Source of the DNA: an uncultured delta proteobacterium
GTDB taxonomy: Bacteria > Desulfobacterota > Desulfomonilia > UBA1062
Reading direction: 5' to 3'
NCBI GenBank assembly: GCA_963752595.1
Contig: CAVVYZ010000027.1
Span: 1-14,345 of the forward strand
DNA: 14,345 nucleotides
How positions within the stretch are numbered: position 1 is the first letter of the stretch; each line of letters starts with the position of its first letter. Below are positions 8,001 to 14,345 of this stretch, piece by piece. The position numbers and the translations under genes were made by a program. The notes under the pieces were generated by a model that was given only the letters and a program-made list of their open reading frames with translations, had not been told where the DNA came from and ran no database searches.

Positions 8001-9961
8001 ATCGATGGTATTGTAAAATTCGAAATGATCTTTTTTGGATGCTGTAAATCCTAAGGCAGTAACCCTTTCCGGGGGTATGCCCTGTTTGGTGAAGAGCTGA
8101 AGCAGTTGTTCTCTCGTCTTTAAATCGGAAAGGGATTTTGCTTTCAGGATCAGCCGTGAACCAGACACCTTGCGGAGGAGCTCGGACCAGGTTTCGATTG
8201 TTCTTTTCGTGATCTTTGCCCTGTTGTTAAAGGAGCCGAAGGTTATGTTTCCTGACTTCAATACCGGAAGATCGGTTATATCAGGTGCCCCCTCCGGGGG
8301 TTTGTAGCAGAGGAAACAATTGAGAAGCCTGATGAGTTTTTCCGAGTGCCATTTGTCGGTTATGCCGGGCGGATCGGCAAGCGCATCGGTAATGCGGTAA
8401 TCAACGGTATCAAGCCCTGTCGTATTGGGGTACCCGAGGTAGGTAACCTGGACAGGCGCAGGCTTCCCGGCAAAGAGTGTCATGCGGTTGTTCCCTGTGT
8501 GTCCCGAGAGATCCACCAGGATATCGATTCCATCCCTTTGAATCATATCCGAGACGGTTCCATCGGGAAGGCCGTAAATTTTTCTCCAGTGATCCGCTAT
8601 TTTTCGAAAGAGCTCGGTTGCAGGGTCTTCACGCTCGGCATTTGAATAACAGAATACCTCAAAGGAATCCCTGTCGTGTGCTGCAATAACTGACTGGATA
8701 AAATATGCAACGGAGTGGACGCGGAAATCCGGAGACACATACCCTATGCGCAATCTCCTGTCCGGTGATCTGTCATTTTTGTGTTCCGGAATATTGTTTC
8801 GAAGTGACTCAGCATGTTCGGCTGCCCATTCTCTATGGAGCTTAAACAACTCATCCGGGTTGATCGCTTCTAGATAATGCATGGTAAGCAGGATATTCGA
8901 GTGTATCTCGGCAAGGGGGAAGGAGGGTTTGACGCCATTTTGGGGACACTTTTCCAGTGCGGTCCTATAACAAGATAATGCTTTTTCTCCATTCCCTTGA
9001 TCTTTGTATATACTCCCCATATTATTTGCTGCAATCGAGAGGCAGGGATTAAGGTCAATGGCTTTCTGATAAGACTCCAGGGCTTCACTGAGTCTGCCAA
9101 GGGCCTCAAGGCCCTTTCCGAGATTGTAATACGCTTCCGGTGAATCGTTTTTAAGCTCGAGCGCCCGACGCAGTTTTGATATCCCTTCCTCGGTATGGCC
9201 GGAATCTATGAGCGCTGTCCCGAGATTGTTCCACGCATCTACATTCTCAGGATTTATCTCAAGCACTCTTTGATATAATTCCGCTGCCCTGTCGTACTCC
9301 CTCTTGCGCTGGAAAGCGCTTGCCAGAGAAAAGAGAATACCTGCATCCCCGGGTTTTATTCCGCCTGCACGGTTGAGATACTCAAGCGCCTCTTCTGTCC
9401 GCCCTCGTTCCAGGGACAGTCTCCCAGCGCCTTAAGTGCATCCGCATCCTTGGGGTGAAGGTCTGCCGCCTTCTGATAATGCAGGCAGGCTTTTTCAGGT
9501 TCTCCTCGTTCCCGGTAAAGATTGCCAAGATTGGAGTATGCGGCTGCGTAGTCAGGATTTAAGGTAATTGCCTTGCTATAAGCGTCAAGCGCTTCCATGT
9601 GTTGCCCGGAGCTTCTCAAGGCAGCGCCTAGATTGTTGTACGCCTCTGCATAATCTGGTTTCAGCGTGATGGCCTGCCTGTAATATTCGGCGGCCTGCAG
9701 GTGGTCGTCTTTCATCCGGAAGGCGTTTCCGAGATTGCAGGCGTATTCGGGAGATGCATTGTTTATGGATAGCGCTTTGCGTATAAGGTTAACGGCGTTA
9801 TCCGGATCATTCCGTTGATATGAAACAACCCCGAGGAGGTGCAATGCATCCGGATGGTCAGGGTGTGCAGCGAGTATTTCCCTGTAGATCGCTTCAGCCT
9901 TTTCCAATCGGCCGGACCGATGGTTTTTTATGGCTGTCTCAAGCAGTTTTCCCGTCTTCAT
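4554..9961 (-). CDS. Gene C: giant TPR-GT41-TPR-GT41-TPR-methyltransferase protein (SPINDLY-family glycosyltransferase), about 1802 aa after correcting one frameshift
   Basis: The intact ORF 4554..9266 holds two complete GT41 modules (GYVSPDF-x2-HSV, DLxGHT, QVTYLGYPxTT, FGSFNxRAKI, LDTFPYNGTTTTCEALWMGVP), TPR arrays and a C-terminal MTase. Adding one G to the run at 9423-9425 joins it to the TPR ORF 9356..10105. The start is taken as ATG 9961 (GGAG-ATCTC-ATG); ATG 10015 is an alternative. Confidence 0.9.
5704..7979. repeat. Direct repeat: identical 41-bp copies at 5704..5744 and 7939..7979 within the two GT41 modules of gene C
   Basis: CCCATCCAGAGGGCCTCGCAGGTTGTCGTTGTGCCGTTGTA occurs twice, 2235 bp (745 codons) apart. 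Diverged copies lie near 10595-10635 and 12940-12980. Confidence 0.85.
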
Positions 9962-9995
9962 GAGATCTCCGGGTTCATTTTTCACATCCCCGTGT

Positions 9996-12316
9996 TTAGG
10001 ATTTGTTTTGCTCATGGTCGTTCTCAAGACGTTCTTTCTCTTCCAGATTGGTCCTGGCATCAGTATGGTTAGGGTCCATGGTGAGGATGGCTTGAAAGAG
10101 TTCAATGGCAGACCTGATCTTTCCCGTATGCCAATAAACGACCCCGAGATCGTTCATTGCTGTAACATTATGAGGATCAATCTCGAGTATCTGCATGAAA
10201 ATATTCTCTGCCTCTTTGATACGGCCTGAATTGAAGAGATCCTCTCCTTTATTTATAAACCGCTCGATTTCATGCAAGTCTGAGCTGTTGAGTGATTTCT
10301 TCGGCCTTTGTGAGAAGCTGTTCTTTTCGCACCACCTTCGCCATATCATACGGTAACTTTTTTCCAGATCGACTGTGAAGCCTTTTTCGTCCATGAGGGG
10401 AGAATGTTTGATCGTGTCCCTGAGGCCGGTGCGGAAACGTCCAAGCCTTTCCGGATCTCCTGCAAGCAGGACGGCCTTGTGAATATAATCCGGAATGGAT
10501 TCTGCAATGAGATCCTCAAACCCGCAATGCTTCAGAATGCTTTTCCCGACTCTTGATGCGTGCATGCTTCCTGTGAGGGTTATGACCGGCACTCCCATCC
10601 ATAGTGCCTCGCAGGTAGTTGTCGTGCCATTGTACGGGAAGGTATCGAGTGCAATATCAATGCTGTTATACATTGCTATATGTTCCGACAAAGACTGTAT
10701 GGATTTCAGTATGGTGACTCTGTCAGGAGAGATGCCGTTCTCCATAAACAGGCCTGTTATGCCTGCTTTCTCCTGTTCGCTCAGGAAGTTTTTGAATTTC
10801 AAAAAAAATCTGGATCGGGGAACGTTAGCCAAGATGGCAGACCATGCGTTTATGGCGTTTTCCGTTATCTTTGCCCTCTTGTTGAAACAACCGAAGGTAA
10901 TGATCCCTGATGTAAGAGCAGGGAGGGGGCCTGGACCCGGGTGTACTCAGGAGGCCTGTAGCAGAGAAATCCGTGAGGCATCCTGACCAATTCTTCGGTA
11001 TTCAGGCGTTCTGCGCTTCCCGGCGGGTCCGTGATGGCATCGACCAGCCGGTAGTCCATCGTCAAAAGCCCTGTAGTATCCGGATAGCCGAGATATGTTG
11101 CCTGAATCGGGGCAGGTTTTTGGCAAATACCTAAGACGGTTGTTTGCGGTATGCCCAGCAAGGTCAATCAGGATATCGATACGGTCCTCGAAAATGAGGT
11201 TGAAGACTTTTTCATCGGTCATCCCGCAGATATCCCGCCATGTTACGGGAAGTATTCTGAGCCTCTCCGTCACATAGTCTGGATGAGCGGAGTCGGAATA
11301 ACAGAAGACTTCAAAGTCGTCTCTGTCATAAGATGCGAAAAGCGGCTCAATGAAATGAGCGACCGGATGAGAATGAAAGTCAGGGGATACATAACCGATC
11401 CGCAGTTTTTTCTCAGGGCTTTTGTCAGTTCTTCCTGAATGAACGGTCTCCATGGCAACGCGTGCATCTCTGCCCACTTTGTATGCTCAAGGAAAATCTC
11501 TTCGGGAGAGGCGGCATCCGTATAATGCATTGCCAAAAGAAGGTTGGAATGGGTTTTGTGAAGGCTTCGATCAATTTCCAGGCATTTTCTATAGCAGAGT
11601 ACGGCCTCTCCACGTTGCCTTGGCTGACAGAGATCCAAGCTTCTTCTCTGCCTCTATGCTGGACGGTTGGAGTTTTATTGCCTGTTAGAAATATCCTATT
11701 GCATCCACCTCATTGCCGATATCCATGAGGGTGACGCCCAGATTGATATAGGCATCCGGGAAACCCTTTTTTATCGCCTGGTTGTAGTATTCAATGGCCT
11801 TGTCGATATCATGAAGCCCTTTACAGGCATTCCCGAGATTATAAAGTGCCTCTGCATAGTCAGACTTCAGTTTCAACGCCTGTAAGAGGTATGGAAGTGC
11901 TTCCTCGTATTTGCCGGCATCATTCAGGGTTGCGCCGAGATTGTTATAAGCTTCAGCATATTTCGGATTCAGCCGGATTACCTCTTCGAACATCCGGACA
12001 GCGCTGCTTACTCTTCCGGCATACTTCAGGACGTTCCCAAGACTGCATCTGAAATCGGACCTCTCAGGACATAACTGTACAGCTTTATTTAACAGATCTT
12101 CGGCGGTGGATAGTTCTCCTGACTGGAAGGCGGCAATCCCATCATGTGAAGGGCATCAGAGTCTTCAGCGTTATCATTGAGAATCTGTCCGTATATGCCT
12201 TTTGCATCCTCAATCTTTCCTTCCCGATGTAGGCGCAGTGCTTCTCCCAGCAGATCATTCCTGCGGCAGGATGAGTCAGCTCTGATTGCTTTTATCTCTT
12301 TTTTCAGCTCGGCCAT
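9996..12316 (-). pseudogene. Gene B: TPR-GT41-TPR SPINDLY-family glycosyltransferase (about 770 aa), broken here by about 7 indels and one stop; may be intact in the real genome
   Basis: ORF pieces 12089..12316, 11685..11993, 11270..11638, 10947..11477, 10865..11167 and 9996..10832 are collinear parts of one TPR-GT41 protein. Breaks lie at 12138-40, 11685-87 (in-frame TAA), about 11630, 11610 and 11430, 11130-31, 11117-21 and 10939-41. There is no clear SD before ATG 12316, so the start is uncertain. Confidence 0.8.
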
Positions 12317-12336
12317 ATAATTATAAATGTATAAAG

Positions 12337-14345
12337 TCAGTCATCCTTAGTGTGTTCGTTATGTATTTTATGGATCTCTTCCAGATTGATCCGGGCATCC
12401 CGGCAATCGGGATCTATTACAAGAACCATCTGAAAGGTCTCGATAGCCTTTCTCGGGCTGCCCTGTATGCCAGTACAGAACGCCAAGGTCGTTCAGTGCC
12501 GTAATGTCGTCAGGATCTTTTTCCAGCGCATGAAGGAAAGCGCACTTGGCATCAAGGAAATGTCCCGACTCGAAGAGCTGTTCTCCTTCATGGATAAGTA
12601 TGGCCACTTGTTCCTCAACCGGATCTCGGTTTGCGACTGATTCTAACCTGGTATTTACCGGTTGCTCCTCACACCATCTGTGCCACATCGCCCGGTATTC
12701 CTTTTCAAGGTTTCGTGTGAAATTCTCCTTCTATCCATGAGGAATGAGCTTCGCATTATGGATCTTAAGTCCCTGCGAAGATGAGTCAATCTATCTATAC
12801 TCTTTGCAAGGGTGGCTGCTTTCATGATGTATCCATCAGTTGTCTCCGCCACAAGATCATCAAGGCCGATATTTGACAAGATGCTGTAGCTCACCCTGAA
12901 TATATGGGTATCTCCTTTGAGCGCAATGACCGGCGCCCCCCATCCAAAGCCCTTCACAGGTGGTTGTCGTGCCGTTATACGGGAAGGTATCGAGGCCTAT
13001 GTCGACAGAGTTGTACAGATTTAGGTGGTCTTCTTTTGCCGGTATGTTGCCGACTGCCGTTATTCGATCTGCACTGATGCCTTGTCCTTCAAAGAGACCC
13101 AGGATATAGTTCCTTGTCGATTCATCGCTTAAAGCTGCTGATTTCAGAATGAGCCGGGAGTCCGGAACAAGATGCAGTATCTCAGACCATATCCCGATTA
13201 TTGTGTCGGATATCTTGGATCTGTTGTTAAAGCATCCAAAGGTAATAAATCCGGACGCGGATGCCGGTAGACCCTTTACCTCGGGAGATTCCTCAGGCGG
13301 TTTATAACATAGGAACCCGTGAGGCAGCCTGATGATCCTTTCCGTATGAAGGTGATCTGTCATGCCTGGGGGGTCGGTCCATGCATCGGTTATCCTGTAG
13401 TCGATGGTCTCCAGTCCTGTCGTGTTTGGATATCCTATGTACGTGACCTGTATCGGAGCCGGTTTGCGTGCGAACAGAGTAAGTCTGTTGTTGCCGGTAT
13501 GGCCGGAAAGATCTACAAGGATATCGATACCGTCATTCTGAATGATTGCAGCAGCTTCATCATCCGTGGCCGCGGAGATATCCCGCCAGTGGTCGGCAAG
13601 ATTCTTGAATTCGATTGTTTTGTTATCCGGACGGTCAAGGTTCGAATAGCAGAAGATCTCAAAGTTTTCCCTGTCATTGGCTTCAATGATCGGCTCGATA
13701 TAATAGGCTACGGAGTGTATCCTGAAGTCTGGAGATACGTATCCTACTTTAAGCCTTTTACTGGGGCTCTGGTCATTTTTATGCGCGGGTATGAGAGTTT
13801 TCAGATGCGACGCATAAATCCTTGCCCATCTCAGGTGCTGTTCGTATATCATGTCAGGCTCGATAGGCTCTGCATATTGTATCAGGAAAATAATATTGGA
13901 GTATACACCGGATGCATTTGACGGCTTCAGTTCCAATGCTTTGTAGTAACATGCAAGGGACTCGGAAAGGCGGCCCTGATCCTTCAGCAAGTTTCCCATA
14001 TTATTATAGGCACTGCTGAAATCGGGACTTAACGTTATAGCCTTCTGGTAGCAGGAGATGGCCTCGCCTATCTTCCTCTGCTTATCGAGCCCTTGGCCCA
14101 GGTTATATACCATTTCCGCCGATTCCGGTTGTAAAGCCGATGCCTGGCGGAGGCACAGCACTGCGTCATCATATTCGCCAATATCCAGCAGAGTGACCCC
14201 AAGATTGTTCAGCGCATCCGCATTGTCCGGCATCAATTGCAATGATTTCTGAAGGTGTTTGACTGCATCAATGTAGTTCTTCTCATGCTTCAAAGCGGTT
14301 CCGAGATTATAGTGAGCCGGGGGAAAATCAGGGTTTAATCGGACT
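12337..14345 (-). CDS. Gene A (5'-partial): TPR-GT41-TPR SPINDLY-family glycosyltransferase with three frameshifts near its 3' end
   Basis: The frame is open from the window edge (VRLNPDFPPAHYNLG...) through TPRs and GT41 motifs (SPDFRIHSV, DLSGHT, FGCFNNRSKI, LDTFPYNGTTTTCEGLWMG). Shifts occur at 12936-41 (extra G), about 12730 and 12449-51 (extra A). The corrected end is ...KAIETFQMVLVIDPDCRDARINLEEIHKIHNEHTKDD, then TGA at 12337-39. Confidence 0.85.

Noticed and set aside
9961-10105. Genes B and C as one fused gene split by another frameshift
   Set aside because: B ends with a tail similar to the end of A, and C has its own GGAG SD and ATG. Fusion is less likely but cannot be excluded given the local error rate.
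9420-12945. Programmed ribosomal frameshifting or recoding
   Set aside because: There are too many shifts in both directions, no consistent slippery motif, and the paralogous modules are uninterrupted at equivalent positions.
9356-12957. Treating the ORF-track fragments as about ten separate small genes
   Set aside because: They are collinear pieces of three TPR-GT41 proteins and rejoin with 1-2 nt corrections.
4710-14252. Many plus-strand ORFs of 60-200 aa (e.g. 7600..8016, 10495..10986, 13319..13921), some similar to each other
   Set aside because: They are antisense shadows of the GT41 genes. Their mutual similarity mirrors conserved sense-strand motifs.

Overview
Bacterial accessory glycosylation region; the lineage cannot be determined here, though the gene types recall Desulfobacterota/deltaproteobacteria (inference). 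The right two thirds (4554 to the window end, minus strand) is a tandem array of three large TPR + GT41 (SPINDLY/OGT-family) protein glycosyltransferase genes. Together they carry four catalytic modules. The last gene (about 1800 aa) has two GT41 modules and a C-terminal SAM methyltransferase domain. The ORF track splits these genes into about 11 pieces because of roughly 11 small indels, mostly in homopolymer runs, and one in-frame TAA, all between 9.4 and 13 kb. Sequencing or assembly error is more likely than true decay. To the left are a convergent FkbM-like methyltransferase, an internally deleted GT2(-TPR) remnant, a secreted Sel1-repeat protein, a YdcF/DUF218 protein, a small hypothetical gene with a candidate sigma54 promoter and a strong 3' hairpin, and the start of another gene at the left edge. 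No RNA genes, CRISPR arrays or mobile elements were seen.
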